In this document: piece after piece, positions 35,863 to 47,800 of the stretch
How positions within the stretch are numbered: the first letter of the stretch is position 1
Layout: each line of letters begins with the position of its first letter
UHGV virus genome: UHGV-0086135
Length of the DNA: 64,000 bases
Direction: 5' to 3' (one strand)
From: a virus
Position numbers and translations under genes: made by a program
Notes under the pieces: model-generated
Seen by the model: the letters and a program-made list of their open reading frames with translations, nothing else
What the model was told of the DNA's origin: nothing
Databases searched by the model: none

Positions 35863-36498
35863 ATGTCTAAAGTAACTTACATCATCAAAGCTTCTAACGA
35901 TGTTCTGAATGAAAAAACTGCTGCGATTTTAATTACCATTGCTAAGAAAGATTTCATTACAGCTGCAGAAGTTCGTGAGGTGCATCCAGATTTAGGTAAC
36001 GCAGTAGTTAATAGTAATATTGGGGTATTGATTAAAAAAGGTCTGGTAGAGAAATCTGGTGATGGATTAATCATTACAGGAGAAGCTCAGGATATTATTT
36101 CAAATGCAGCAACTTTATATGCACAGGAAAATGCTCCTGAACTACTGAAAAAACGAGCAACTCGTAAAGCTCGTGAGATTACTTCCGATATGGAAGAAGA
36201 TAAAGACCTTATGCTAAAACTTTTAGATGAAAATGGATTTGTTCTTAAAAAGGTTGAAACTTACCGCAGTAACTATCTTGCTATTTTAGAAAAACGCACT
36301 CATGGAATTCGCAATTTTGAAATTAATAACAATGGAAATATGCGAATTTTTGGATACAAAATGATGGAACATCATATTCAGAAATTTACTGATATCGGAA
36401 TGTCATGTAAAATCGCTAAAAACGGTAATGTGTATCTTGACATTAAACGCTCGGCAGAAAACATTGAAGCGGTAATCACCGCAGCATCTGAACTGTGA
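35863..36498 (+). CDS. motA: middle-transcription activator MotA
   Basis: 211 aa as T4 MotA; position next to gene 52; own early promoter. Confidence 0.75.
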   Translation: MSKVTYIIKASNDVLNEKTAAILITIAKKDFITAAEVREVHPDLGNAVVNSNIGVLIKKGLVEKSGDGLIITGEAQDIISNAATLYAQENAPELLKKRATRKAREITSDMEEDKDLMLKLLDENGFVLKKVETYRSNYLAILEKRTHGIRNFEINNNGNMRIFGYKMMEHHIQKFTDIGMSCKIAKNGNVYLDIKRSAENIEAVITAASEL

Positions 36499-36508
36499 GG
36501 AATAAATA

Positions 36509-36838
36509 ATGAACAAGTTAGAAATTGTTAATGAACTTCGTCGTTGTGCAGAACCCACTCAAGAGGGGTGGGATATCTGGTATCATGGAGCTTATCTTGG
36601 AACTATCGTAAAGATTAAGACTGGTAAATACATGATTATTCGTGAAAGTAAAGATGCTCCAGTAGGTATTCGCAATAATTTTATGGCGGCGATAAGTTCA
36701 TTTACGGATGCAGCTTACGAAATTTACCTTGCCGATTATAAAGAATTCCAGGAATCTCAACCAGTTATTCGCTCAATTGGTGTTAACAAAGCTCAACAGA
36801 AAACTCTGTGGCAGCGTATTAAAGGATGGTTTAAATGA
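36509..36838 (+). CDS. hypothetical protein (109 aa)
   Basis: ORF with SD. Confidence 0.5.
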   Translation: MNKLEIVNELRRCAEPTQEGWDIWYHGAYLGTIVKIKTGKYMIIRESKDAPVGIRNNFMAAISSFTDAAYEIYLADYKEFQESQPVIRSIGVNKAQQKTLWQRIKGWFK

Positions 36839-37296
36839 ACCCATTTATTAATCGTTTAAAAATGCTGAATGTTCCTTTATCTCGTGAAACTCCAGAAAGT
36901 CTTGTTGAAAAATTTAAAGCACATGGTTATAAATGCACAGAAGAAGATATTCTGAAAGAAGTTCCTGAAATCTGTTGGCAGACCGCATACTGGGATGAAA
37001 ACCAAAAGTATCAACGACGAATTGTTTGTGCCGCCAACCGTTTTAAATTAAAAGATGGACGAACTCTTGTTATTCCAGGTGCTCGTCATTATTCTAAAGA
37101 TATGGCAGAAGTTTTAGATGTAGTTAAACCCCAATTAGTTACTCAGCAAGTTTGTGATGATGACCAAGGGTTTATTGATCAGTATAGCAATTACTGGACA
37201 CGTGAAGAAGCAATGATTATTGCAACTTACGCCGGACAAGTACGTATTGAACGCGGTGGTAGTGAAAAAGAACTTTACTCTGAGGACCTTTACTAA
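36835..37296 (+). CDS. hypothetical protein (153 aa)
   Basis: ATGA overlap with upstream ORF. Confidence 0.5.
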   Translation: MNPFINRLKMLNVPLSRETPESLVEKFKAHGYKCTEEDILKEVPEICWQTAYWDENQKYQRRIVCAANRFKLKDGRTLVIPGARHYSKDMAEVLDVVKPQLVTQQVCDDDQGFIDQYSNYWTREEAMIIATYAGQVRIERGGSEKELYSEDLY

Positions 37297-37592
37297 TGAA
37301 TATTAAAAAGTTTCAAATTGATGGAATTAAGAATCAAATCCAGGCGTTGGAATATGCCAATAAAATGATGTCAACTAATTGGGGAATTTATGCCAATGAA
37401 CCGGCATTTCAGTTCTGTGATATGGAATTCACCAAAAAGCTCGTAGGAAAAGATTATGTATGTCCATTTAGTTCTCCAGTAAATGGAATGTTAAAACCTG
37501 CTTTACGCGATCTTTATATTGCGATGAACGAAGAAATGATAAAAGAACTAAAACGTCAACTAAAGGTTATTCAATTTGGCCAGGGAAATTAA
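37296..37592 (+). CDS. hypothetical protein (98 aa)
   Basis: TAATG overlap with upstream ORF. Confidence 0.5.
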   Translation: MNIKKFQIDGIKNQIQALEYANKMMSTNWGIYANEPAFQFCDMEFTKKLVGKDYVCPFSSPVNGMLKPALRDLYIAMNEEMIKELKRQLKVIQFGQGN

Positions 37593-37794
37593 TTCAAAAT
37601 CTGATTATTTTAATTCTCTTAATGATAAAGATAAAAATTTAATAAGACATTTTATCGTTGAGATGGGATATACTGACACACGTGATTTAAGAGAACATAT
37701 ATTTGAATGTGGTGTAGCTAAAAAGTTTTCATTCACATGCAATTGTTTAAGAGAGGTAATTCAGCACTATGAACAATTTAGTCGCAAAACATAA
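37576..37794 (+). CDS. hypothetical protein; start uncertain (TTG 37576 or ATG 37663)
   Basis: ORF-track start is TTG; first in-frame ATG gives only 43 aa. Confidence 0.3.
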   Translation: MAREINSKSDYFNSLNDKDKNLIRHFIVEMGYTDTRDLREHIFECGVAKKFSFTCNCLREVIQHYEQFSRKT

Positions 37795-37877
37795 TTTTAA
37801 TAAAGCTTCTGTCCATAAGGATAAGAAGAAAGCGTTTAAAGAATCTAATCGCAAACAGAAACATAAGGGGAAGGTCT

Positions 37878-38156
37878 ATGATTATTGATTCTCAGTCTGT
37901 GGTTCAATACACAATTAAAATTGATATTCTAGAAAAGCTATACAAGTTTCTACCAAATTTATACCACTCAATTGTTAATGAATTAGTTGAAGAACTACAT
38001 CTTGGGAATAATGATTTCTTGATTGGAACTTATAAAGATAACTCAAAAGCAGGATATTTTTACGTAATTCCAGCTCCAGGAAAAAGTATTGATGATGTAT
38101 TAAAAACTATAATGATTTATGTCCTTGATTATGAAATTGAAGATTATTTCGAATGA
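37878..38156 (+). CDS. arn: possible anti-restriction nuclease Arn
   Basis: 92 aa as T4 Arn, acidic; position between motA and asiA; GGGGAAGG SD. Confidence 0.5.
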   Translation: MIIDSQSVVQYTIKIDILEKLYKFLPNLYHSIVNELVEELHLGNNDFLIGTYKDNSKAGYFYVIPAPGKSIDDVLKTIMIYVLDYEIEDYFE

Positions 38157-38305
38157 GTCATAATCTTGAAAAAGTAATCGAGCATAATGTAGCTCAGGAA
38201 CGTAAGTCGTTCAAGGAATTCGTAGAAAAAATTTTTGAAGAAAATACCACAGACCAGTTTACAAATCAAACGTCTGATGATATTATAGCAAAGTCAACTA
38301 ATTGA
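38153..38305 (+). CDS. hypothetical small protein (50 aa)
   Basis: ATGA overlap with arn stop. Confidence 0.35.
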   Translation: MSHNLEKVIEHNVAQERKSFKEFVEKIFEENTTDQFTNQTSDDIIAKSTN

Positions 38306-38317
38306 GTGGTATAGTTA

Positions 38318-38590
38318 ATGAATAAAAATATTGATACAGTTCGTGAAATTATTACTGTTGCGTCTATTTTGATTAAATTTTCCAGAGAAGATATTGTTGA
38401 GAATCGTGCTAATTTTATTGCATTTCTGAATGAGATTGGAGTAACGCATGAAGGTAGAAAGTTAAATCAGAATTCATTCCGTAAAATTGTTTCTGAATTA
38501 ACTCAAGAAGATAAGAAAACCCTCATCGACGAATTCAACGAGGGTTTTGAGAGTGTATATCGATATCTAGAGATGTATACAAACAAATAA
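38318..38590 (+). CDS. asiA: anti-sigma-70 factor AsiA
   Basis: 90 aa; MNKNIDTVREIITVASILIKFSREDIVENRANFIAFLNEIG matches recalled T4 AsiA. Confidence 0.9.
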   Translation: MNKNIDTVREIITVASILIKFSREDIVENRANFIAFLNEIGVTHEGRKLNQNSFRKIVSELTQEDKKTLIDEFNEGFESVYRYLEMYTNK

Positions 38591-39247
38591 TTATTTAGCC
38601 CTTCCTAATATTCTGGCCGCCTGAGCACATATTGATTCAAGGCGGTCATTACTTATATGATCATTTCTATACCAGTACATGGTTATTGTTCCAGCATAGA
38701 TATTATCCAAATTAAAATATGGACAACTGTACATGTAATTTATTTCTGGAGTAGGCTTTTTAGTTGGTAAAAAAGCAAATTTTGAGTTTGAATAATAATG
38801 ACGTCCATTTAAATGAACTGCATATTCATCCATAGTTTTATCAACAGGATATCCTCCAAGTGATTTTTCACTTATTGTTGAAGGTAATTTTCCTTCATAT
38901 GCTATAATATCAACAAAATAGTTTAAGTTTTTAGGGCGGAAAGAATACACCGCACTAAAGTCTGCCTCAGATGATATATGAACTATCTGGAGTTGTTCCA
39001 GGGCGACAGATTCAAAGCGTGCATTTCTTTCCTTTTCAATAATTTCACTGTATGTTTCATACTTTGATTGCTTATAGTACTCAAAGAAACTATCTCCCCT
39101 ATACCAAACAATCGCCATTATAAACAAAAGAATTACGACAGCTACCCGGGAAGCAAGAACTTTCCCGGTAGCGTTATCTTTGAACAAGCGATCTAGAACA
39201 CCAAACAGAATACCAGAGGGCGAAAATGATATTCTAGGTGCTGTCAT
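38591..39247 (-). CDS. t: holin T
   Basis: 218 aa; near-identity to recalled T4 holin; AGGAGG SD; convergent with asiA. Confidence 0.9.
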   Translation of the reverse strand: MTAPRISFSPSGILFGVLDRLFKDNATGKVLASRVAVVILLFIMAIVWYRGDSFFEYYKQSKYETYSEIIEKERNARFESVALEQLQIVHISSEADFSAVYSFRPKNLNYFVDIIAYEGKLPSTISEKSLGGYPVDKTMDEYAVHLNGRHYYSNSKFAFLPTKKPTPEINYMYSCPYFNLDNIYAGTITMYWYRNDHISNDRLESICAQAARILGRAK

Positions 39248-39277
39248 AGACCCTCCTTTTAAGGGTATTTATTCAAA

Positions 39278-40060
39278 TTATACTCTTGGACCATATATTG
39301 CTCCAACGTTTTGCCATGTCGGTGTAGACCCTATGACGGCATAACCAGCAGCTCCGCCATCGTATTCATATCCTTGACCACGAATATTACATCTACCTCC
39401 TGCGGAGCCAACTTCACCACCAGACCCGCCGTTGTAGATACCGTTCACAGACCCTGCGCCTGGCGCAGAAATAGTACCAGCAGTTGCTCCTGATTGCATA
39501 TCAATAGATCCGCCCGGTGCGCCAAACGGACGACCGCCGCCACCGCCAAAGGTCAATCTCATTTGTGAAAAAGGAGAATAATACCCGCCGCCACCGCCGC
39601 CACCGCCGCCAGCAATAGCTCCGCCATTATTAATTCTTAGTCTCCCACCAATATCATTTTGAATACAATGACCCCCAGCTGAGCCAGGACTATTGCTACC
39701 GCCATTCCCGCCACGGCCATACATCGTTACACCATGTATGTTCAACTGAACATATTCATTCGGTGTATCTCCGTACATGAAGAATAAAGGAACATCTTTA
39801 GAATATGATACTAAATCTCCAGTGATATTAAACACTATAGGTGCACTACCTGCCTCAAAACATCTATCTCGGAACCATTGACCATTGAAGTTATGGTCTG
39901 CTCCAAGCGTGTGAATAATTTCTCTTGAGCGACCTGCAAATTGACTCATCCAGCAAGGAATACCCAATCTTAATTGACCAGCCGCTTGACTCATCCATCG
40001 TTGTCCTGTTTCATTTACGGATGAACTACCAATCCAACCAGGAACACCAACTACTGCCAT
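39278..40060 (-). CDS. 38: receptor-recognising adhesin gp38 (T2-type, glycine-rich motifs)
   Basis: Poly-Gly blocks [12 protein letters not shown] and [13 protein letters not shown] separating variable segments; ATG at 40060 with GGAG SD (ORF-track TTG start at 40072 rejected). Confidence 0.75.
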   Translation of the reverse strand: MAVVGVPGWIGSSSVNETGQRWMSQAAGQLRLGIPCWMSQFAGRSREIIHTLGADHNFNGQWFRDRCFEAGSAPIVFNITGDLVSYSKDVPLFFMYGDTPNEYVQLNIHGVTMYGRGGNGGSNSPGSAGGHCIQNDIGGRLRINNGGAIAGGGGGGGGGYYSPFSQMRLTFGGGGGRPFGAPGGSIDMQSGATAGTISAPGAGSVNGIYNGGSGGEVGSAGGRCNIRGQGYEYDGGAAGYAVIGSTPTWQNVGAIYGPRV

Positions 40061-40092
40061 AATTTTCTCCAAAGGGGCAAAGCCCCTTGTTG

Positions 40093-43041
40093 TTAGAATT
40101 TAAAATAATTACTAATTTTGTGAGCAATTTTAGTGAAGAAGGGTGTTTTCAATTCTTTAATTTCTTCGCTCATTTCCTGAATGGCCTTAATTAAAAGAGC
40201 ATTCACAGCAGAGTTAGAAATTGTTAGAACATCAGATCCATCGACTTCAACTTTAGATACAGCTTCCGGTAATTCTTTTTCAAGATCCTGAGCAATAATA
40301 CCAACTTCATGTTTAATAACACTACGGTCTTTAATAGACTTAACTTTATCGTAAGTATAAACTTTCAGTCGGCAAACTTTTTCAACCGCTCCGTTTTCTA
40401 GCTCTTTTTTATTAATCTTAAGACGACCATCGGAACGAATATACACATCATTAAAACTTCCATTTCCTGGTGCATAAAAGAACCCATCATAGTGGAACTC
40501 GAATATCGCGTTAGGATGACCAGCATCAGGAGAAGCCTCCGCAGATCCAACACGAATAATTGCTTGTCCCCAATTATTAGGGATACGACGAATACCAAGA
40601 TCGACGGCAGTTACATACCCTTGATTGGTGACTACACTTCTTCCTTTAATAATTGGATAATAGCTATCTGATCCAACATAACCATGATCGACGAATATTG
40701 GCGCTTCTACTCGCCATTGGTTGCCCCAATCACCTGGTTGACTAGCGGTCCAACGTTCACCATGAACATATAATCGAACGTTATTAACATGAGCCATTTC
40801 GACGCCTTTTGGACTTAGCGTGATATCCCCTGCGTTTGTAATGTATACACCAGCATTAGTAGCATAACTATAGAACGCTAATCCATTATCATCACCACCC
40901 TTACCAATATACCAGTTACCAGTCCCGTCTACGTCACCACGAATATGCAAAGAATTACTAGCAGGTGCTGATAATACAATAGAATCACCTGGGCTTTGAA
41001 TTGTCAAGCGTCCGGTCATAATATCACCGCCTTTACCCACGCGAGTATTCAAAGCAGCGTCTAAATTGGTTGCATTATTATATTTCTTCCAGATAGAACC
41101 AGCAATATTACCATCGGTATTAAGGAATGCTGCTCCAGCATAAACTCGACTTTGTGACATGAATCGGCCCGACGGCAAGAAACGCCATGTAGCTAATTCA
41201 GTGGCTGTAGTTCCAGTAGCGGATAAATCACCCTGAGCAACGATACGATATTCTGAACTAGCAATATCCATGCCAGAAGCCATAGTAATATTTGTTACAG
41301 TGTTTTTCTGTTTAACAATTGGCGCAAACTGGTTTTTATTTGAATCGTCAATGGCCTGATATAATGGCGCAATGGTAGTATTCTGATTTGCGTAAGTATT
41401 AGAACCAGAACCGCTAGCAGGAGCTTGAATATATGCTCCTGGAGCAAGTGAAATTTTCTGATTAGCGCCAAGATTAACAGCAGCAGTGATATTCAGCAAT
41501 CCTCTAAAGTTTTGTTGAGCAGTCCAAGTATGTGATCCGTCTTCAAGAACAACACGACGAACTGTGCAAGTTCTATTTCCTGAATTACCGAATACACGAA
41601 CGACAAAATAACGGTAGTTTGTCTGGGATACAGTACCACGCCAAACCTGAACAGTACGGCCTGTGCTAGTATGTTCGCTAGGACCGACGGAAAACATAAC
41701 CAAGTTTCCATCAATCGTCCCCCAATTCATATTTGCTGGCATGTTCTTTATTTTGTTCAAAGGAACGCTAAACATACTACCAGGGACAAAATCAAAGGTT
41801 TGCCAATCTAACTCCGCTAATTGAGCTTTAATACCACCCATACCCAAAGTAATTGGCAGAGAATAAGATGTATATACTTCGTTCCATGTACCCCAAACAC
41901 CATTAGTGTATGCACGCTCAAAAATACGTCCGCGAGTAGTTGTACCTGTTCCGGCAGTAGTAAATTTTTGGAAAATAGCACCACCAGAAGCACGCTGTTT
42001 AACTTCTAGCAAACCAATAATAACGGCCGGTAAACCTTCACCTGTAGGGCAGTTAATAACGGCATCAGTGCCTAAAATATTATATAACCCAGGAGTTTTA
42101 AAATCATTCAGGTTTCCATCATAGAAAGTCGCTGGTGTGACATTACCGACTTGTTGCCACGGTCCCCATTTAGGAGCAGTAGCATCCCACGCGGCAGTAA
42201 GACAGCGAGTATAAACAACACCAAACATGGTTGTATATCTTTGCGTACGAGAATAGCTTCCCCCTTCATATACTTCCAAAAGACCTTTAGCTGACGACCC
42301 CTCTTCTGGGAAATTTCTGTCAAAGGTGGCAATGGAATTTGAACTATTCCTCCACAAGCCAAAGTGTTCAGCACCTCCTAGATCATTAAGATCAATTGTT
42401 GTTGACAGTGGACGAGTACCGGATTGAATATTTCGCCACACACTCCACGGACCATTTACTCCGTTCCATGTAGCAGTCAAGGAACGAATATAAACATTTC
42501 CGTATCTGGTTGTATATCTCTGAGTACCAGCAAATTGACCGGCCACAAATACTTCTAGCACACCTACAGCATTTTCTTCTGGAAATTTATTTGCTGGTTG
42601 AGCGTTGGTTGAAGTTGCTTTCGACCAAACTCCAAGATATTCTTCAACAGGCCCATACTCATCTAAATTAGCATCAACCGGTAATTCGCCGTTATTTTTT
42701 ATAAACGTTGTGCTATTGACATTTATGTCAGATGGAGTTAGCGTGATATCTTTTGACCCATCAAAGGATATACCATTAATTTTTCGTGCTGTTTTTAATT
42801 TCGTTGCAGTTGCAGCGTTACCTGTTAAATTTCCAATTATATTTCCATTAACAGTTAAAGAACCATCAATTGTTCCTCCATATTTTAAACCTAATTCTAT
42901 AACACTGCCTGAGTCATCTTTTGTGAAAATTGTTTTATCTTTTAAATTAATAGCCAATTCACCTTCGGCTAATACTGAAGCAGCAGGACGTTGACCTGCA
43001 GTTTTGCTTCTTTTAAATTGTATTTGTTTTAAAGTAGCCAT
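40093..43041 (-). CDS. 37: long tail fibre distal subunit gp37
   Basis: 982 aa between gp36 and gp38. Confidence 0.85.
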   Translation of the reverse strand: MATLKQIQFKRSKTAGQRPAASVLAEGELAINLKDKTIFTKDDSGSVIELGLKYGGTIDGSLTVNGNIIGNLTGNAATATKLKTARKINGISFDGSKDITLTPSDINVNSTTFIKNNGELPVDANLDEYGPVEEYLGVWSKATSTNAQPANKFPEENAVGVLEVFVAGQFAGTQRYTTRYGNVYIRSLTATWNGVNGPWSVWRNIQSGTRPLSTTIDLNDLGGAEHFGLWRNSSNSIATFDRNFPEEGSSAKGLLEVYEGGSYSRTQRYTTMFGVVYTRCLTAAWDATAPKWGPWQQVGNVTPATFYDGNLNDFKTPGLYNILGTDAVINCPTGEGLPAVIIGLLEVKQRASGGAIFQKFTTAGTGTTTRGRIFERAYTNGVWGTWNEVYTSYSLPITLGMGGIKAQLAELDWQTFDFVPGSMFSVPLNKIKNMPANMNWGTIDGNLVMFSVGPSEHTSTGRTVQVWRGTVSQTNYRYFVVRVFGNSGNRTCTVRRVVLEDGSHTWTAQQNFRGLLNITAAVNLGANQKISLAPGAYIQAPASGSGSNTYANQNTTIAPLYQAIDDSNKNQFAPIVKQKNTVTNITMASGMDIASSEYRIVAQGDLSATGTTATELATWRFLPSGRFMSQSRVYAGAAFLNTDGNIAGSIWKKYNNATNLDAALNTRVGKGGDIMTGRLTIQSPGDSIVLSAPASNSLHIRGDVDGTGNWYIGKGGDDNGLAFYSYATNAGVYITNAGDITLSPKGVEMAHVNNVRLYVHGERWTASQPGDWGNQWRVEAPIFVDHGYVGSDSYYPIIKGRSVVTNQGYVTAVDLGIRRIPNNWGQAIIRVGSAEASPDAGHPNAIFEFHYDGFFYAPGNGSFNDVYIRSDGRLKINKKELENGAVEKVCRLKVYTYDKVKSIKDRSVIKHEVGIIAQDLEKELPEAVSKVEVDGSDVLTISNSAVNALLIKAIQEMSEEIKELKTPFFTKIAHKISNYFKF

Positions 43042-43049
43042 AAGTCCTC

Positions 43050-43700
43050 TTAATAATAGCCGAAATCTTGAACAGAATCCTTAATCACGATTTGGTCAAA
43101 TCGTGGAACATGCGAGGGTTGAGATGCAGGATTCTGCGAGAAAAAGTTTGGCGCTGTTAAATTACCTGTCATGGTGTCACCTTTACGCAAAACTCTAGAA
43201 TTCGCATTTGCCGTAACAGTATTTATTGCTCCATCAACATAATCTTTACGAGTAACATCAGATGCTGCGGAAGGAGTAGATGTAACAGTTACAGATGGAG
43301 CTGTTACAGCCCTAGTAAATGTTGTCAAACCTTCTGGCGTAATAGTAATTTGTCCAGTAGTGATTTCACTACCTGCAGGTCTAAAACTAATACCGCCAGA
43401 AGAGCCTCCAACTACAAGAGTATTGCCGGTACCGCCACCAGAACGAATTCGAATGGGGGTTTCATTATTACTTAATTGAAGATAACTATTTACCCCGTAA
43501 TTAATAGTAATTGGACCGGTGTAAGTGCCACCATTAGCTTTAGAAACGAAATCGTTATCAGCTGCCTGCGGTTTATTATATTCTGAATATATTTTAAATG
43601 ATTTGTAGAGTACATCGTCACCGGCTGAATTCAATGGAAAATTTCCTTGATGCCAAATGACAGATCCACCCACAGTTGAACCTACTTTTAAATCAGCCAT
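43050..43700 (-). CDS. 36: long tail fibre distal connector gp36
   Basis: 216 aa; synteny 34-35-36-37; late promoter upstream. Confidence 0.8.
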   Translation of the reverse strand: MADLKVGSTVGGSVIWHQGNFPLNSAGDDVLYKSFKIYSEYNKPQAADNDFVSKANGGTYTGPITINYGVNSYLQLSNNETPIRIRSGGGTGNTLVVGGSSGGISFRPAGSEITTGQITITPEGLTTFTRAVTAPSVTVTSTPSAASDVTRKDYVDGAINTVTANANSRVLRKGDTMTGNLTAPNFFSQNPASQPSHVPRFDQIVIKDSVQDFGYY

Positions 43701-43723
43701 TATATGCCCCTTTATTTTAATAT

Positions 43724-43731
43724 TATTTATA
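43724..43731 (-). promoter_or_regulatory. late promoter (TATAAATA on minus strand) for gene 36
   Basis: Plus-strand TATTTATA 24 nt upstream of gene 36 start. Confidence 0.6.
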
Positions 43732-43739
43732 AAGAAAAA

Positions 43740-43757
43740 GGGAACCCGAAGGCTCCC
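43740..43757 (-). terminator. hairpin terminator after gene 35 (minus strand)
   Basis: Minus-strand GGGAGCC-UUCG-GGUUCCC followed by U-rich tract, immediately before the gene 36 late promoter. Confidence 0.5.
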
Positions 43758-43762
43758 TCAGT

Positions 43763-44878
43763 TTAAACTTCTCTAAATTCTTGCCCAAACACTTTGCCAG
43801 TTTTAGAAGAGGCTTGTGTAGGAAGTACCATTATATCTGGAGGTGAAGCCGATTCACAGACATAATTAACGCGAATACCGTTGACGCCAAATTCGGCAGG
43901 TTTTGAAATGCCGCCATTTCTTGATACTTCAGAAAAGCTTAAATTCCTCAGTCCGCCTTGACCAGCTTGAGCAGTTCTCTGCGCATATATAGTAAATCCG
44001 ACTGCATTTTCAGGAACAACTACATAATCTTCCTTTAATTCCCATGACCCAGCTTGCCCAGTAAACTCAGATTGGGTCGAGGAAATATATCCATTTGATT
44101 CATTATAAAAACGGATAGATATATTTGTAGTTCCAAGATCAAGTAAATCAGCATCAGCATATAACTGTGCTTTAAGATAAAGAACATCACCAGGAATTAA
44201 ATTATAATCAGATAGTTTACTTATAGCAGCTGAAGTTGGCAATCGCGCAATTTCGTTATTAGTTCCACCAACCGCTGACATAAATTGCTCGACACTTTCA
44301 TATGTTCTTTTAGGAAATCCCGTAGCTCCGACGTCTTCTAAACTATCAAATACAACATCTAAAATAGTTTGATAATCATCTGTGCTTTTTCTATTACTTA
44401 GTTTAACATGCTCTAATGCAATAGCTCTTTTAGAAGAAGTATAAAAAGCAGCATATGATACGTCAAATCTTGACAATACTGAATCTGATGGAAAAACTGA
44501 AGTTCCTGCTCCCCTTAACCAAGATACCACTTCAGGAGGAAAATTAACCTTTCCGCTAGTTAATATAGCAACAAGCCTATTGTTTGACAAAGAATTCATA
44601 AAACTGACAAAAGCGGCAGATGTTGTATTGTTTGAAGCAGAAAAAGCATATGACTTACTATCAACTAATGCTCCCGTAGAAGGGTCAAAAACTCTTAAAT
44701 GAAGACCTGCACTAAATGTTTGATTTCCAACGGGATTATCCTGAAATTTAACATATGGCCCTGCAGTAGAAAGCGGGCAAGAGCCCGCTATGCTTATTTT
44801 ATATCTTACTGAATTGCTTTCCGATAAAAATGGAGTTTGGACATATCCTTGTCCAAACTCTGCCATAAATTTTTCCAT
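43763..44878 (-). CDS. 35: long tail fibre hinge protein gp35
   Basis: 371 aa (T4 gp35 372 aa); synteny. Confidence 0.8.
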   Translation of the reverse strand: MEKFMAEFGQGYVQTPFLSESNSVRYKISIAGSCPLSTAGPYVKFQDNPVGNQTFSAGLHLRVFDPSTGALVDSKSYAFSASNNTTSAAFVSFMNSLSNNRLVAILTSGKVNFPPEVVSWLRGAGTSVFPSDSVLSRFDVSYAAFYTSSKRAIALEHVKLSNRKSTDDYQTILDVVFDSLEDVGATGFPKRTYESVEQFMSAVGGTNNEIARLPTSAAISKLSDYNLIPGDVLYLKAQLYADADLLDLGTTNISIRFYNESNGYISSTQSEFTGQAGSWELKEDYVVVPENAVGFTIYAQRTAQAGQGGLRNLSFSEVSRNGGISKPAEFGVNGIRVNYVCESASPPDIMVLPTQASSKTGKVFGQEFREV

Positions 44879-44886
44879 AATACCTC

Positions 44887-47800
44887 TTATTCAATCCACT
44901 CAAATTTAACAGTTTTATTCACTGGGTCAGGAATAATGCGAACATTACCAATTCGTAAGAAATCACGAATAGTAAGATTACCTATTATTCCATTATCAGA
45001 TGGAATTGCTCCTATATCCGAAGGTTGAGGAGGGTTACCTCCATCAAATACCTGAACAAAACTTGACCAAGAGTTTTTAGTTTTTTGCCATGTACGTGTC
45101 CAGCGAGTGGTACGTGCTTCTGGAGTCGTTGGATAAGTAATCCAATCTTGGTAAAGTGAATCAAGTGTGTTACCAAACTGAGTCAATGTACCAGGAGATT
45201 TAACTTCTTCGCCACGTTCTAAGTATGGAAGTCCAGTCACTTCATTAGTTTTTTCAACCATTTTAAAATAACCCGGGAACTGGTTATAAGTGGCTGAATC
45301 ATTAATATCGATTGACCAGAATCCTACAGTATCAGATGTTGGCGCACGGGTATATAAATCAGGTGTTTTAACACCTTGAGAACGAATTCTCGAGTTAACA
45401 GTTAAACCACCTGAATTTATAGTAGCACCTTTAGCAATGATCAAGCTTTCACCAATCGTTACTTGACCGGACTGATTATTAATTGATAATGGACGTAATG
45501 CATTAAATCCACCAGTTTGGTCACCGGCTGCAGTGAGCATAAAATAGGTGTCATTACCAGCGTTACGAATAAAGAATCCGTAATTTCCATTTATCGCTCT
45601 AAAAGCATTTGGCGATTTACCGATAAATTCACCATTGGCTGTAACTGAATTACCAAATGTTGCAACGCCATTCGCATTCAATGTTCCTGAAGCATTCACA
45701 TTTATCGGTGTTACTGTACCGTTGATATTAAATGTTATATTACCAGCTTTATTACGCTGAGAATAAAAATGACTAGACGTTTCATCACTAACTTCAAATA
45801 CGGTAGAACGTGTTGTATCTGATTCCCCACTAAATTGATTTCCCCACACTTTGACAGTCATCGTCTGCGCTGGGTTCGTTCCAGTTTGAGGTCCTTTCTC
45901 AAAAATCAATTGAGTTGCTGTTCCAGTATTAGAAATAGTTAGTGTACTATTTGCTGAAACTGATCCACCAAATGTAGCAGTACTAGATGATACAAGAGGG
46001 GCACTCAGGTTCGTTTGTTTGGTTAAGGTTAGTGAACCATTAACTGTCTGGGCAATATCCCTACGAATGAACTGAGATGAATCTAGACCATCTAATAAAT
46101 TTGCGTCAGCAGCTTTTGCTTTTAACGGCAAATAATTTGCTAATACACGGTTTAATTCATATGGTGATACTGCATAGCTATTTTTCTCGTATAATTCTAA
46201 TGACTGTGTTGAACCAACTGTATCATTACCAACGAATGTAATTGAACCAGATGAAGTTTTAACAAAACCTCTTACCAAAGTAGTTGCTGCCCAAGTAGGT
46301 TCACTCTGCACAATCCATTTTAAATTTTTTGGAGATACAGCAGTATTTGCTGACGTTCCAGTCACGGTTTCAGACTGAGTTGCAACTTTAATAACGCCTT
46401 CTTGTGCTTCAGTAGATTTAGTACCTAAAAGCTTTTTAGGAGTTATCAAAACGTTATCTAATTTTCCTGCAGCAGCTTCAACTTGTGTAGCTACACGAAG
46501 TGTACCACGTTGTGTCTCATTTGCTTCAAGAATATTAAGGGTATAATGGTCCCAGAGAGTTCCTGATTCAACTAATCCAGATAGAGCAACAACAGAAGTA
46601 CGATTAGTACTATCAAATCTAGTTTTAATTTTTAATGGTGTAGAGATACGAGTATCGTCGACGCCTGCGTCGAATTCAACTTGTGTAGCAATTTCAGCTA
46701 TACCACTTAAACTTTCAGTTGCTTTACGGTCATTTAAAGTTTTAGGAGTGACTGCACGAGTATAATCAGTTCCTGTATTAACTTCACTTTGCGTAGCAAT
46801 TTCAATTAAACCAATTCTTCCATCAGTTGATGTCTTTTTATGTAACGTTTCTGGTGTTACAACCGCATTTGCCCATCCTTCTTGGCTTTGTCCAGCAATT
46901 ACTTCACTTTCAACTGCTAAAATTACTGCACCTTGTTGCGTTGGAGTAGCTTTATACTGATCCAAAGCTTTAGGCGAAACAACTAAATTATTAGTATTTT
47001 TATTATAAACATTTGTACCATTTAATTCACGACTAGAGGCTGGAGTAGCTCCTGCGGTAGATACAAAAGTTACAATACCCGATAATGTTTCAGAACCTTG
47101 ACGAGCTTGAAGCTTTTTAGGAGTGATGATTGTAGTATCATCAGTACCTGTATTAGTTTCCTGCTGCGTAGCAATTTCAGCGACACCTCTACGAGTTTCT
47201 GTAGCAGTTCTTTCATTCAGCTTTTTAGGAGTGATGATAAGGTCATCAGCAAAAGAGAATGTAGTGTTCTGATTTACTTGAGCAGTAGTTGCTATTCTTG
47301 CGATACCTCTACGAGTTTCTGTAGCAGTACGGTTAGCTAATGTTTCTGGAGTAATTGCTAATTCTTTTTGTGGAGAATTTTCTAAATCGACGTTAGCTTG
47401 AGCTTGTGTAGCTAAAGCAATTACGCCTAATCTTGCTCTAGTAGAATTATTTAAAGAATCGACTCTTTCAACTGTTGGAACGTTTTGCTGTACAACCCAG
47501 TATTTTCCGTCAGAATCTTCTATATAAGCAAGTTGTAAAACTGGAACATAATTAGTTTCACCGTTAAAAACTAATTCTTGAACAGTCACCCATTCAGCTT
47601 CAGGTGGATATTCTGAGCGTTTTGGGAATTGCAGCAATTGAACTGAAGAAGCAATTTTATCTTCACCGGCAGCTTTGATTTTAACTGTTTGTCCTTTTCT
47701 CATGTAATTCATGGAAATTTTAACAGTATCACCAACAGAAATATTAGTTGGAAGCTGAAGCTCAATTGTTTGAGTTGTTCCGTTATTCGCACCAAATACC

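Noticed and set aside
39248-39277. Possible late promoter between holin t and gene 38 on the minus strand
   Set aside because: The minus-strand sequence reads GAATAAATA rather than TATAAATA; too degenerate to call.
39585-39613. Poly-GCC/GCG simple repeat on the plus strand
   Set aside because: It is the antisense of poly-glycine codons inside gp38 (coding glycine-rich motif), not a non-coding microsatellite.
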